Notes under the pieces: generated by a model
Told to the model about the DNA's origin: nothing
Databases searched by the model: none
What the model saw: only the letters and a program-made list of their open reading frames with translations
Translations under genes and position numbers: made by a program
Shown: positions 28,526 through 39,100 of the stretch, in pieces
How the letters are laid out: each line of letters starts with the position of its first letter
Position numbering within the stretch: position 1 is the first letter of the stretch
Origin: Acidobacteria bacterium RIFCSPLOWO2_12_FULL_66_21
GTDB lineage: Bacteria > Acidobacteriota > Vicinamibacteria > Vicinamibacterales > 2-12-FULL-66-21
Direction: 5' to 3'
Length of the DNA stretch: 64,000 nucleotides
NCBI GenBank assembly: GCA_001767455.1
Contig: MELC01000088.1
Coordinates: 11,939-75,938 of the forward strand

Positions 28526-30200
28526 AACGCCCAAACGCGACGTTCATGACGGAGAACGACCCTGCGGCTCCCGGCAGCATGTTGGTCAAATCCACCACGA
28601 ATAGAAGTGACCCGGCAGTGGAGCTGTCGGGCATGGGGCCCGTCTGGCGGTCGGCGGCCAGCAGATCGGAGATGGGCACGGTGATGCGGCGGGTGTCATC
28701 GACGTAAACCGAATGGCCCCAGCGCCCGGACGGATAGCGGAGCTGAACGGACAGCCGCATAGGGCGCGAGGCATTGGCGTCGAGTTCGATCGAGTGGAAC
28801 GTTCCGGTGCGACCGCCGAGGTCCGTGACGAGCGCGGCGTACTGGCTCGCACGCTCGCCGGGCGCAAACTGAAATGACAGGGTGGCAGTTCCTGCCACCA
28901 CCGCCACGCGCGCCGTCGATCGCGGGTCCTTCTCAATCCGCCACAAAAGGGGGACAGGCACACTTCCAGGCTTGGGAAGGAGGACAGGCACACTTCCGGG
29001 GAAAGAAGTGTGCCTGTCCCCCTTTTCCGTCTGCAGAAAATAGATGGGGTTGCTGACCACCCAGGGTACGGGGGGGACTCCCGGCGCGTCGGGGACACGA
29101 ATCTCGATGCGGACTGCGCCGGTTGTCGGTCCCAGCGCGAGATCGCCGGAGGATGGCACCGCAATCTCGCTGCCGTTTCGGATGGCGACGATCCGGGCGC
29201 CCTCCGGCATTGCCGCATGGACTGAAACGGTAGTGGTTCTTCCTGCGGGCAGCACTGAGCCCATCGCGCCGTCCCGCCCGTCCGACGTGGCCCGGAAGTC
29301 GAGAACGGCCGGCGCGGCGATGCCGTCCATGGCGGTGAAGAACCGGCCGCCGGCGATCGCGTCGAGCAGCCGCTCCCCGTCTGGCCCGGCGTCACCGGTG
29401 AACGGCGCGTCGAGAATGGCGCGGAGGCTGAAAGACCGGAAGCTCGCCTCGTAGGCGGGAATCCCCGGAAGGCCTCCCCCGTCCTCCCGCCGCCCTCGCA
29501 TGCCGCCGTGCGCATCGTGTCCGGCAATCCCGACCACAGGGCGCCGCGAGGCCAGGCTGTCCCAACGCTTCAGCGCATCGACCGGCCGATCGAACATCGA
29601 GGCGAGCGCGGGTCCGGGCCGGACCAGGTAGTCGAACACGACCCGCGCGAGCCGTACCCGCCGTTCGTTGCGCCATTCGTTGTCGGCGTTCAGCCACTCG
29701 ACGCCGTCGACCGGCGCGCCCCAGTCCGTCCAGGCGAGCGACGGCTTCGGCGAATCGACGTGCGCGGCAATCCCGAACCCGCCGAACCGGCGCACGTCCT
29801 CGACGACGGCCGCCGGCTCGCCGCCGAGCGGATAGGGCGTCGCCGCCCGCAGGCCCAGCGCGACATAGTGGCCGCCGTTCGTGCTGATCTCGACGCCTTC
29901 GAGGCACAGCACGCCGTCGACATATTCGGGACGCGCCGGTGCGCGCGTGCCGTCGCCGTGGTCGGCCAGAACGATGAACCGAAGCCCCGCGCGCGCGGCC
30001 GCAGCCGCCACTTCCCTCTTGTCCTTCGCGCCGTCGGAGACCGTGGTGTGGATGTGATAGGCGCCGGCAACCGTACGCGCGGCGAGAGCGGGATCGCCCG
30101 TCACGAGCGTCCGCGGACGCGGTGGCAGCGTTGCCAGCAGGAAAAAAACAACGGCGGCTGCAAGAGCCGCCGTTGCGATGCCGAGACGAGACGTCGTTAC
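28524..30200 (-). CDS. PHP-like (CehA/McbA-type) metallohydrolase with probable N-terminal anchor; start codon uncertain
   Basis: [27 protein letters not shown] motifs; the frame extends past GTG 30104 through a hydrophobic segment up to the metK stop. Confidence 0.7.
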   Translation of the reverse strand, partial: VTTSRLGIATAALAAAVVFFLLATLPPRPRTLVTGDPALAARTVAGAYHIHTTVSDGAKDKREVAAAAARAGLRFIVLADHGDGTRAPARPEYVDGVLCLEGVEISTNGGHYVALGLRAATPYPLGGEPAAVVEDVRRFGGFGIAAHVDSPKPSLAWTDWGAPVDGVEWLNADNEWRNERRVRLARVVFDYLVRPGPALASMFDRPVDALKRWDSLASRRPVVGIAGHDAHGGMRGRREDGGGLPGIPAYEASFRSFSLRAILDAPFTGDAGPDGERLLDAIAGGRFFTAMDGIAAPAVLDFRATSDGRDGAMGSVLPAGRTTTVSVHAAMPEGARIVAIRNGSEIAVPSSGDLALGPTTGAVRIEIRVPDAPGVPPVPWVVSNPIYFLQTEKGDRHTSFPGSVPVLLPKPGSVPVPLLWRIEKDPRSTARVAVVAGTATLSFQFAPGERASQYAALVTDLGGRTGTFHSIELDANASRPMRLSVQLRYPSGRWGHSVYVDDTRRITVPISDLLAADRQTGPMPDSSTAGSLLFVVDLTNMLPGAAGSFSVMNVAFGR

Positions 30201-31348
30201 ACTCCCGCGTCGCTTCTGAGCGCGTTGGCCCTGTCGGTGCGCTCCCAGGTGAACTCCGGCTCGGTGCGCCCGAAGTGGCCGAAGGCCGCCGTTTTCTTGT
30301 AGATCGGCCGCCGCAGGTTGAGCGCCTCGATGATCCCGCGCGGCGTCAGCTTGAACTGCGCGCGGACGATCTCGGCGATCTTGTCCTCCGCAACGAGCCC
30401 GGTGCCGAACGTATCAATCAGGACCGACACCGGATCCGCGACGCCAATCGCGTAGGCGAGCTGCACCAGGCAGCGATCCGCCAGACCCGCCGCGACGACG
30501 TTCTTCGCGACGTACCGGGCCATGTAGCACGCCGAGCGGTCCACCTTCGTCGGATCCTTGCCCGAGAACGCGCCGCCCCCGTGCGGCGCCGCGCCGCCGT
30601 AGGTGTCGACGATGATTTTGCGCCCCGTGACGCCGGCGTCGCCGTGCGGCCCGCCGACCACGAACCGGCCGGTCGGGTTGATGAGGATGCGCGTCTTCGC
30701 ATCCATCATCTCCGCCGGAATGACGCGGCTCACGATCTTGTCGACGATGTCCTCACGCAGCGTGTCGTTCGAGACGAGCGAGCTGTGCTGCGTGGACACG
30801 ACGACGGTATCGACGCGGACCGGCTTGTCGCCGTCGTACTCGACCGACACCTGCGACTTGCCGTCGGGCCGGAGGTACTCGAGGACGCCGTCGCGCCTCG
30901 CGCACGACAGCCCCTTGACGAGCTTGTGCGCGAGCATGATGGGCATCGGCATCAGCTCTTCGGTCTCCGTGCAGGCGTAGCCGAACATGAGCCCCTGGTC
31001 GCCCGCGCCGCCCGGGTCCACGCCCTGGGCGATGTCGGGCGACTGCTCGTGGATCGAGGACAGCACGGCGCAGGTCTCGGAGTCGAACCCGAACTTCGCG
31101 CGGGTGTAGCCGACGTCCTTGATCGTCTCGCGGACGATTTTCGGGAAGTCGACGTAGCAGCTCGTCGTGATCTCGCCGGCGATGATGGCCAGGCCGGTCG
31201 TCACGAGGGTCTCGCACGCGACGCGGCCGACCGGGTCCTGCGCGAGGATGGCGTCGAGGATGGAATCGGAGATCTGGTCGGCAATCTTGTCCGGATGCCC
31301 TTCGGTCACCGACTCGGAAGTGAAGAGATAACGGCCCTTGCGGCTCAT
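30197..31348 (-). CDS. metK: S-adenosylmethionine synthetase
   Basis: [33 protein letters not shown]. Confidence 0.98.
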   Translation of the reverse strand: MSRKGRYLFTSESVTEGHPDKIADQISDSILDAILAQDPVGRVACETLVTTGLAIIAGEITTSCYVDFPKIVRETIKDVGYTRAKFGFDSETCAVLSSIHEQSPDIAQGVDPGGAGDQGLMFGYACTETEELMPMPIMLAHKLVKGLSCARRDGVLEYLRPDGKSQVSVEYDGDKPVRVDTVVVSTQHSSLVSNDTLREDIVDKIVSRVIPAEMMDAKTRILINPTGRFVVGGPHGDAGVTGRKIIVDTYGGAAPHGGGAFSGKDPTKVDRSACYMARYVAKNVVAAGLADRCLVQLAYAIGVADPVSVLIDTFGTGLVAEDKIAEIVRAQFKLTPRGIIEALNLRRPIYKKTAAFGHFGRTEPEFTWERTDRANALRSDAGV

Positions 31349-31492
31349 GCTTGTTCGAGCTCCTTCGTGCCGCGCGAGCGCACCGGCGGTAGGGACCGGC
31401 GGCACGGGGCGCGCAGCCACGCGTAACTTGCCCGGATTGTCCGAGGAAGAAGGCGCCCCGGCCGGCAAGGCAAGGGCGTTTCAAATCCGCTA

Positions 31493-31522
31493 AATATAGC
31501 AGTATCGCGAGAGATGGGGCAA
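31493..31522 (-). promoter_or_regulatory. Probable metK promoter
   Basis: Minus strand TTGCCC-N18-TATATT with extended -10 TG. Confidence 0.5.
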
Positions 31523-31537
31523 CCCGAAACCAGCCCG

Positions 31538-31771
31538 TCAGGCGACGGTCGCCCGGTACCGGCGGTCCGAGCGGAGATACACGCCGCCCGGCGTGCGGCG
31601 GAGGAACCCCTCCGCCATGAGATCGTTCAGCGTGCGGGCGCACGCCTCGCGGTCGAGGCCCCAGAGCCGCTGCGCCTGTCCGAACGTCAGGCACAGCCCC
31701 GGCATTTCGTTGAACTCTCCCCGAATGCGCCTCTGCAGGTGCGACGGTTCGATACTGGGCTGGGGAGCCAT
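31538..31771 (-). CDS. Small hypothetical protein, possibly winged-helix
   Basis: RIRGEFNEMPGLCLTFGQAQRLWGLD...L...GFL pattern; purine-rich RBS upstream (AAGGTAGG). Confidence 0.7.
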   Translation of the reverse strand: MAPQPSIEPSHLQRRIRGEFNEMPGLCLTFGQAQRLWGLDREACARTLNDLMAEGFLRRTPGGVYLRSDRRYRATVA

Positions 31772-31792
31772 GGCGTACCTACCTTCCGGACC

Positions 31793-32065
31793 TCACTTCA
31801 CGGCGGTGGATTCCGGCGTCACCTTCTCCACCTTCTCCACCTCGATACTGCACTCCGTGAGCAGCGCCGTCAAGGCCCCGATGGCCGCGGCGACCGGCGC
31901 CAGCACCGTGCCGATCACGCCGGCGGTGAGCGGGAACTCGGCCACGGTCCGGCCGCGCTGCTTCACGACGACGCGCCGGATGTTCCCCTCCTCGACGATC
32001 CTCTTCAGCTGCGCCAGGACCTGCTCGCTCGTGCCCTCGATCTTCTGCCAGAATGTCCGCTCCAT
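31793..32065 (-). CDS. DUF4342-like small protein
   Basis: LKRIVEEGNIRRVVVK...EFPLTAGVIG...CSIEVEK; GAGG RBS before ATG 32065. Confidence 0.8.
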   Translation of the reverse strand: MERTFWQKIEGTSEQVLAQLKRIVEEGNIRRVVVKQRGRTVAEFPLTAGVIGTVLAPVAAAIGALTALLTECSIEVEKVEKVTPESTAVK

Positions 32066-32200
32066 GTGTCCTCGATTCTGCTGAGTCACGCAAACAGCTT
32101 ACCAATACAAGACGACAAAAACTGGCGCGCGTTCCCTCGACCGGGGATGCCGCTGGCGGACCTCCGCCAACCGACTGCCGGGTTCGCGGCGGCAGTGCCG

Positions 32201-33079
32201 TTATTTGCGCGGGTGAAACCGGTCGTAGACGGCGCGCAGGCGCGCCTCGATCACGTGGGTGTAGATCTCGGTCGACGACAGATCCGCGTGGCCCAGCATC
32301 ACCTGGATCATCCGCAGATCGGCGCCGCGGTCGAGCAGGTGCGTGGCGAACGAATGCCGCAGCACGTGCGGGCTCAGCTCGCGCGAGATCCCCGCCTTGA
32401 TGCCGTACGCCTTCAGCAGCTTCCAGAAGCCGACGCGCGAGAGCGCGCCGCCGCGGGCGTTGACGAAGAGCCACGGCGAGCCGCGCTTGGTGACGAGCGT
32501 CGGCCGCGCCTCGGCGATGTACTGGCTCACCCACCGCGCCGCCTGGTGCCCGAGCGGCACCATCCGCTGCTTGTCGCCCTTGCCGATGCAGGTGAGGTGT
32601 CCCTCCTCGAGGTTCAGGTCGCCCGCTTTGAGCGCCAGCAGCTCCGACACGCGCAGGCCGGTCGCATAGAGGACTTCGATGAGCGCCTTGTCGCGCAGGC
32701 CAATCGGCGTCGAGGTGTCGGGCACTGCGAGCAGCCGGTCGACGTCGGCGAGGTCCAGGAACTTCGGCAGCGCCGGCCATGCGCGTGGCGGGCGCAGGTC
32801 GTCCGCGGGACTCTGATCCTGTTTCCGCTCCACGGCGAGGAACTTGTAGAAGCCGCGCACGCAGGCGACCGCGCGGGCGACGGACCGCGGCGCGAGACCG
32901 GACGCCATCAGGTGACGGACGAAGGCGTCCAGATCGCGGCGATCCAGCGCGTCGACCGCCCGCCCGCGCGTCTCCGCGAAGGCGGAGAGCGCCGCCAGAT
33001 CGCGCGCGTAGCTCTCGACCGTGTTCGGCGACATTCGCCGCACGTCACGCAGATAGGTCAGGTAGGTGTCGATCACCAA
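32201..33079 (-). CDS. xerD: Site-specific tyrosine recombinase XerD
   Basis: NTVESY, LPKFL, LYATGLRVSEL, GKGDKQRMVP, SPHVLRHSFATHLL, LGHADLSSTEIYTHV, FHPR. Confidence 0.92.
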   Translation of the reverse strand: MVIDTYLTYLRDVRRMSPNTVESYARDLAALSAFAETRGRAVDALDRRDLDAFVRHLMASGLAPRSVARAVACVRGFYKFLAVERKQDQSPADDLRPPRAWPALPKFLDLADVDRLLAVPDTSTPIGLRDKALIEVLYATGLRVSELLALKAGDLNLEEGHLTCIGKGDKQRMVPLGHQAARWVSQYIAEARPTLVTKRGSPWLFVNARGGALSRVGFWKLLKAYGIKAGISRELSPHVLRHSFATHLLDRGADLRMIQVMLGHADLSSTEIYTHVIEARLRAVYDRFHPRK

Positions 33080-33094
33080 GCTGCAGTGTAACCT

Positions 33095-33163
33095 TCAACT
33101 CCAAACTCCAAAGGCCAAACGCCCAAATCCCAACTCGCGAACGCCGAGCCACGAGCCACGACC
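33095..33163. repeat. Heptamer arrays (CTCCAAA-type and GAGCCAC-type) between xerD and murQ
   Basis: Visible degenerate tandem units. Confidence 0.65.
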
Positions 33164-33237
33164 GTTTGACTCTGCGATGAGCGAGGAGTAGTGTACGCGG
33201 CCGGTTCACCCGGACGAGTCGAACGTACAATGTAGTC

Positions 33238-34179
33238 ATGACGATGCAATCGAAATGGCAGTCCCTCCCGACCGAAGCGATCAATCCCGTCAGCCTCGCG
33301 ATTGACAAGACGCCGGTCCGCGACATCGTCGACATGATCGTCAACGAGGACCGCAAGGTCATCACGGCGGTGCACAAGGAGAAGGAACGCATCGCGCACG
33401 GCGTCGAGATCATCACGCAGGCGCTGCGCAAGGGCGGCCGCATCATCTTCATCGGCGCCGGCACCAGCGGCCGCCTCGGCGTCGTCGAGGCCGCCGAGAT
33501 GCCGCCCACCTTCAGCACCTCGCCGACCGAGGTCCAGGCCATCATGGCCGGCGGCCAGGAGGCGGTGTTCCGCGCGAAAGAAGGCGTGGAGGACAACTTC
33601 GAGGAAGGGGCGCGCAGCCTCGCCCGGCTGCGTCTGAGCAAGCGTGACGTCGTCATCGGGGTGACGGCCAGCGGCATGACCCCGTTCGTGCGCGGCGGCC
33701 TGACGCGCGCGCGGAAGGCCGGCGCGAAGATCATCTTCGTGACGTGCTGGCCGGGCTCCGAGCTGCAGAATTTCGTCGATCTTCAGATCGCGCCGGGCGT
33801 CGGCCCCGAGATCATCGCCGGCTCGACGCGCCTCAAGGCTGGCACCGCCACCAAGATGGTGCTCAACATGCTGACGACGATCTCGATGATCAAGCTCGGG
33901 AAGACGTACGGCAACCTGATGGTGGACGTCAAGAGCGGATCCGAGAAGCTGAAGGATCGCGCGCGCCGGATCATCACGACCGTCACGGGCATCGAGTACG
34001 ACGAGGCCGACGCGCTCCTCAAGCGCGCCAAGTGGAACGTCAAGGCGGCGATCGTCATGCAGAAGGCGGACCTGACGCTGCCGCAGGCCATCAAGCGGCT
34101 GAAGAAGGCCGACGACTCCATCCGCGAGGCGATCGGCGAAGACATAGAACCGCGCCTGAGAGAACTGCTGCGCGCGTGA
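33238..34179 (+). CDS. murQ: N-acetylmuramic acid 6-phosphate etherase
   Basis: TEAINP, GAGTSGRLG, EGVED, GPEIIAGSTRLKAGTATKMVLNML, NLMVDV. Confidence 0.96.
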   Translation: MTMQSKWQSLPTEAINPVSLAIDKTPVRDIVDMIVNEDRKVITAVHKEKERIAHGVEIITQALRKGGRIIFIGAGTSGRLGVVEAAEMPPTFSTSPTEVQAIMAGGQEAVFRAKEGVEDNFEEGARSLARLRLSKRDVVIGVTASGMTPFVRGGLTRARKAGAKIIFVTCWPGSELQNFVDLQIAPGVGPEIIAGSTRLKAGTATKMVLNMLTTISMIKLGKTYGNLMVDVKSGSEKLKDRARRIITTVTGIEYDEADALLKRAKWNVKAAIVMQKADLTLPQAIKRLKKADDSIREAIGEDIEPRLRELLRA

Positions 34180-34283
34180 GAATTGTGAGTTGTGAGTTGT
34201 GAATTCTGACCGTCCGGCTCACGCCGTCCGGCCGGACGGCTTCAACAGGCTGTTCGCAATTCAGGATTCAGAACTCACAATTC
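34177..34283. repeat. Inverted GAATTGT heptamer arrays between murQ and nagB
   Basis: The arrays overlap both stop codons. Confidence 0.75.
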
Positions 34284-35021
34284 CCGTGCGGCAGACTCGT
34301 CCACCATCAGTTCAGCGTCAGCATGGAGCTGGAGGAACGAGGCGGGAACCTCCGTCGTCACTCCCCCGTTGATCACCCGCTCGATGCACGACGCCTTGGC
34401 CGCGCCCGTGGCGACGAGCACGATCCGGCGCGCGGCGAGGATCGTCGCCATGCCCATCGACAGCGCTTCCGCGGGCACTTTCGCCGGGTCGCCGCCGAAC
34501 AGCCGCGCGTTGCTGCGCCGCGTCTCCGGTTTCAGCGTGACGCGATGGGTCCGCGCGTGCAGCTCGCGCGCGGGCTCGTTGAAGCCGATGTGGCCGTTCG
34601 TGCCGATCCCGAGCACCTGGAGGTCGATGCCGCCGGCGCGCGCGATCGCGTCTTCATAGCGCACGCATTCGGCGTCCGCGTCAGGCGCCGCTCCGTTCAG
34701 GAAATTCACGCGCCCCGGCGTCACGTTCACGTGCGCGAGCAGGTGGCGATCCATGAAACTGCGGTAGCTTCCGGCATCCGCCGGCGGGAGGCCGCAGAAC
34801 TCATCCAGGTTGAACGTGGTCACCTGCGAGAAATCCGCACGGCCCTTCTCGTGCAGCGCGACGAGCTCGCGATACAGCTCGATTGGCGTGCGCCCGGTCG
34901 GCAGGCCGAGCACCAGCCGCGGATTGCGGCCGATCGCGTCGGCGATGCGCCCGGCGAGCGCCCGGGCGACAGCGGTCTCGTCGGGGAGGATGACGACGCG
35001 GGGACGGCGTGCGGAAGACAT
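34275..35021 (-). CDS. nagB: Glucosamine-6-phosphate deaminase
   Basis: LGLPTGRTP, FNLDEF, LGIGTNGHIGFNEP, PASFLQLH. Confidence 0.95.
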   Translation of the reverse strand: MSSARRPRVVILPDETAVARALAGRIADAIGRNPRLVLGLPTGRTPIELYRELVALHEKGRADFSQVTTFNLDEFCGLPPADAGSYRSFMDRHLLAHVNVTPGRVNFLNGAAPDADAECVRYEDAIARAGGIDLQVLGIGTNGHIGFNEPARELHARTHRVTLKPETRRSNARLFGGDPAKVPAEALSMGMATILAARRIVLVATGAAKASCIERVINGGVTTEVPASFLQLHADAELMVDESAAREL

Positions 35022-35965
35022 CAGTCGAGCTTGTACGCGGGAATACTGGCGCCGCCGTGCGCCTCCTGGATGGCAAGCGCCACCGCGCCGACCGCCGGCT
35101 CGCAATCGAGCAGCTTCACCGTGCTGTGCGGCGCGCTGACGGGCAGCCGCCGCACGAGTTCCTCTTCGAGCCACGGCACCGCGCGGAAGATGCCGCCCGC
35201 GAGAATGAACGCGAACGGCTCGCCAATCATGTCGAGCCGGTGCGCGACGGCCAGCGCGGAGGACTCGAGCTCGTCGGCGGCCGCCCGCAGGATCCCGATG
35301 GCGACGGCGTCCCCTTCCGAGAACGCGGTCTGCACGCACTTGGCGAGCGAGCCAATGGCCGCCGGCTTCAGGTTCGTGTGATAGACCTCGTGGATCAATC
35401 CTTGCGCCTGTTCGATCCCGAAATACTCGAGCAGCAGCGCCGACAGTGCGGTCTTCGGACCGCGGCGATCGGCCTGGCGCAGCACGGCACGCAGCGCGGC
35501 GCGGCCGATCCAGTAGCCACTGCCCTCGTCGCCGAGGACGTAGCCCCACCCACCCGAGCGCGCCGCGTCGCCACCAGCGTTGCGCCCGTACGAAATGGAT
35601 CCCGTGCCGGAGATCACGACGACGCCCGGGCGCCCTGGCGCGCCGGCCTCGAGCGCGACGAGCGCGTCGTTGACGACGAGCACGCGCGCCTTGTAGCCGA
35701 TGCGCTTCATGATCGCGCGGACGAGCGCGGAGTCGTCGGGGCGATCGACGCCGGCAATCCCGAGACAGATGGCGGCTGGCCGGATGTCGCTCGGCCCGAT
35801 CGCTTCCTCCATCACGTCGTGCAGGACCTTCTCGACCTCGAGCTCCCCCACCGCCTGGAGATTCGCGCCGCCGCGGCGCGCCTCCGCCAGCACGCGGCCG
35901 TGCTCGTCGGCGAAGAGACAGACGGTCTTGGTGCCACCCGCGTCGATGCCGAGGACATGCAGCAT
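35021..35965 (-). CDS. BadF/BadG/BcrA/BcrD-family kinase (N-acetylglucosamine/MurNAc kinase-like)
   Basis: GIDAGGTKT, NDA, ISGTGS, GGWGYVLGDEGSG. Confidence 0.9.
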   Translation of the reverse strand: MLHVLGIDAGGTKTVCLFADEHGRVLAEARRGGANLQAVGELEVEKVLHDVMEEAIGPSDIRPAAICLGIAGVDRPDDSALVRAIMKRIGYKARVLVVNDALVALEAGAPGRPGVVVISGTGSISYGRNAGGDAARSGGWGYVLGDEGSGYWIGRAALRAVLRQADRRGPKTALSALLLEYFGIEQAQGLIHEVYHTNLKPAAIGSLAKCVQTAFSEGDAVAIGILRAAADELESSALAVAHRLDMIGEPFAFILAGGIFRAVPWLEEELVRRLPVSAPHSTVKLLDCEPAVGAVALAIQEAHGGASIPAYKLD

Positions 35966-36117
35966 GGGAAGTAGTTTATGCGGAACCACTCATGGCAACG
36001 GCTCACCGGAAGTCGCGTCCTCTGTGTCCGTCCGTGCCCTTCCGTGGTCGCCGGTGTGGCAGAAACGGCCGGCGGACGTGCATCCGCCGGCCGCTCGCAT
36101 TCAATGACCCGTCCGCG

Positions 36118-39100
36118 TTACCAGTACAGCTTCAAACTGAGCTGGATTTCACGCGGATTCCGGGTGCTCGTGATCTGCCCGAAAGTGTCCGTACCGCCGA
36201 TGTCGCAGCGATTCAGCGTGACGGTGCTTGCCGCCGAGCAGGCGGCGTCCACGCCCAGCCACTGGGTATGGTTGAACGCGTTGATGAAGTCCGCGCGGAA
36301 CTGCAGCCGATTGTCTCCTACGTAGAAGTTCTTCGACAGGGCCAGATCCGTCTGGTTCCGGCCCGGCAGCCGCAGCGGTGCACGCGGCGAGTTGCCGTAG
36401 GTGCCGTCCGCCGGCGGAATGAAGGACGCCGGATCGAACCAGTACGGGAACGGCAGCGTGCCGGTCTTCGGATCGCCGTTCACGCTCGCGCGGCCACCGC
36501 GGCGGCCGCCGTTCGTATTCGCGGTGATCCGCGGCACCGGCGCACCCGAGTTGATCGTGGTCAGCCCCGACGCCTGCCAGCCGCCGAGGAGCGCTCCCAC
36601 GACCGCGTTCTCCGCGTCGCGGAAGAACGGGAACTCGTAGACGTAGGTCGCCGTGAAGATGTGCCGGCGATCCGTGCGTGCATCCGCGTACTCGATGTCG
36701 AGGTCGAGCGGGTTCTGCGGGAAGTCAATCGCGTCGCGATCGTTGGTGGAGGTCGTGCGATTGCGGCTGAGCGTGTAGTTCACCGTCAGCGATCCCTGGC
36801 GTCCCGCCTCGTGGCGGAACTGCGTCAGGATGCCCCAGTAGTTGCTGTACGCGGTCGTCTGCCGCATGGTTACCGACGTGTAGCCCTGGTACGGACGCAC
36901 CAGGTTCAGGTTGCCCGCAACCCCGACGACATCCGCCGGCTGCGGCATGTTGATGTCGAGCGGCTGGATCTGATGATCGCCGTGCGAGCCGACGTAGCTC
37001 ACGTCGATGAAGCCGCGGCGGTAGAGCTGCCGTTGCATGCCGACGTTCCACTGCTGCATCCGCGGCGTGACGAACGGCACGCTCGACGCGATCAGCGACC
37101 GCAGCCCCACGGTCCCGGGCGCGGTTCCGGCCGAAGGATTCGAGAGGGCCGGATTCAGCAGGGACACCGAGTTGGCGAACGGCGGATTGACGAACGCGTT
37201 CTGCTCGAAGATGCCGACGAGCGGCTGATCGTAGTACAGGCCGTAGCCCGCCCGCACGACCATCTTGCCGTTGGTTCCCGGATCCCAGGACACGCCGGCG
37301 CGCGGCATGATGTTGTTCTTGTCCGTCGCGTAAATCTGCCGGCCGTACGGCGAGTTGCGTCCCGCGATGATCAGGCCGTTCGTGGGATCGCCGGTGCCCG
37401 GTATCAGGGCGCCGCCAGTCGAGGACGAGAAGGTCGGCGCCTTGGCCGGGTCGTACAGCGACGGCACGAACGTGGACAGGACGTTGTTCGCGTCCTTGAC
37501 GCCTGGATACAGCGCATACCGGACGCCGTAGTCGAGCGTCACGTTCGGCCGGATCCGCCACGTGTCCTGCGCGAACGCCTCGTAGCGGTTGAAGCGCAGG
37601 TGGTTCGTCACGTCGATTTCCGACTCGGAATAGCTGCAGAAGTTGCCGCACACGCCGTCGCTGTTGCCCATCAGGAAACTCTGGAACGCCGTGCGAACGC
37701 CAGCCCGATTGCCGAACGAGAAGCGGCCGTGCGTCTCGTTGCTCGCCCCTTCGTTCTTCTGCTCGAAGGCCATCATGATGCCGGCCTTGTAGCCGTGGTT
37801 GCCGCGCATCAGCGTGAGGGTGTCGGTGACCGTGTGGTTCCAGTACTGGATGTTGTAGCCCTGTGTGGTGCCGGCGGTCGACAGTCCGGTCACGACCAGC
37901 GTCGGAATCCGATCGCGATTGTTTTCAGGGAACAGTTCGGGAATGGAGACGCCGAACTGCGTCCGGGTATTGCGGTCCGCGGCGGTGTCCGACGTGACGA
38001 TCTTGTTGCCCGACAACTGGTACTTCAATTCGTTCAGGGCCCTGCCGCGGGTGGTCCGCACTTCGGTCGAGAACACGTTGCCGGGCACGTTCGTTTCGGT
38101 CGCCGCCACGTTCGGCACCGCGACACCGAAGAACAGGCCGCCGGGCTCCGTGGTCTGGCTCAGGTCGTGCGTGTAGCGGCCGACGATCTTCCAGCCCGGC
38201 TTCCAGTCGTAGTCGAGGCGGATCACTTCCTGCCGGGTGTTATTGATCGTCGGGTTCGTGTTGATGAACCGGTTGACCCCCGAATTCGGCTGCGGCCACA
38301 AGGCGAGCAGCTTCACGGCGTTCGGATCGCGCAGCGCGGGATCGACGTAGTTCACGTTGGTCGGATCGTTGAGCCACGCCGGATCGACGACCGTCGCGGT
38401 GGACGAGGCCGGCGAGCGCGCGATGCGGCGCCACTCCTCGGACCAGAAGAAGAACGCTTTCTGGCGGCTGGGCAGCATCGGACCGCCGATCGTGTACCCG
38501 AAATTGTTATAGCGCAGCCGCGGCGCGTTGTTCCGGATGTCCGGATTGGTGCTCGAATTCCGGAAGAAGGAATTCGCGTTCAGCTTGTCGTACCGGAAGA
38601 ACTCGTAACCGGTGCCGGAGAACTTCTGCGTCCCGCCGCGCGTCACGATGTTGACGATGCCGCCGCCGCTGCGCGGCCACTCGGCGGCGTAGCTGCTCGT
38701 GATGATCTTGAATTCCTGGATCGATTCCAGGGTCGGCGTCGACAGCAGCGTGATGTTGGAGCCGACGTCCACGTTCGAGACGCCGTCCACGAGCCAGTTC
38801 ACCGCGTTCCTGCGGCCGCCGTTGACCGAGATGCTCACCGTGCTGGTCAACCCGATGCCGACCTCGTCGGGCAGGTCGCTCGACACGCCGGGCACGAGGG
38901 TCGCGAGCTGGACGAACACGCGGTTGTTGAGCGGCAGTTCCTGGATCTGCGTCGGACCAATCAGGTTCTGGACCGCCGGACTGGACTGGACGAACTGCTG
39001 CGCGGCGCTGACCTCGATGGTCTCGCTCAAGCCGCCGACGCCCATCTTGTGGCTGATGTCGAGACGGTCGTTGACGTGCAGCTCAATGCCCTTGATGGTG

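Noticed and set aside
32201-33079. Prophage or island integrase
   Set aside because: Motifs and length match housekeeping XerD; no att repeats, tRNA or phage genes nearby.
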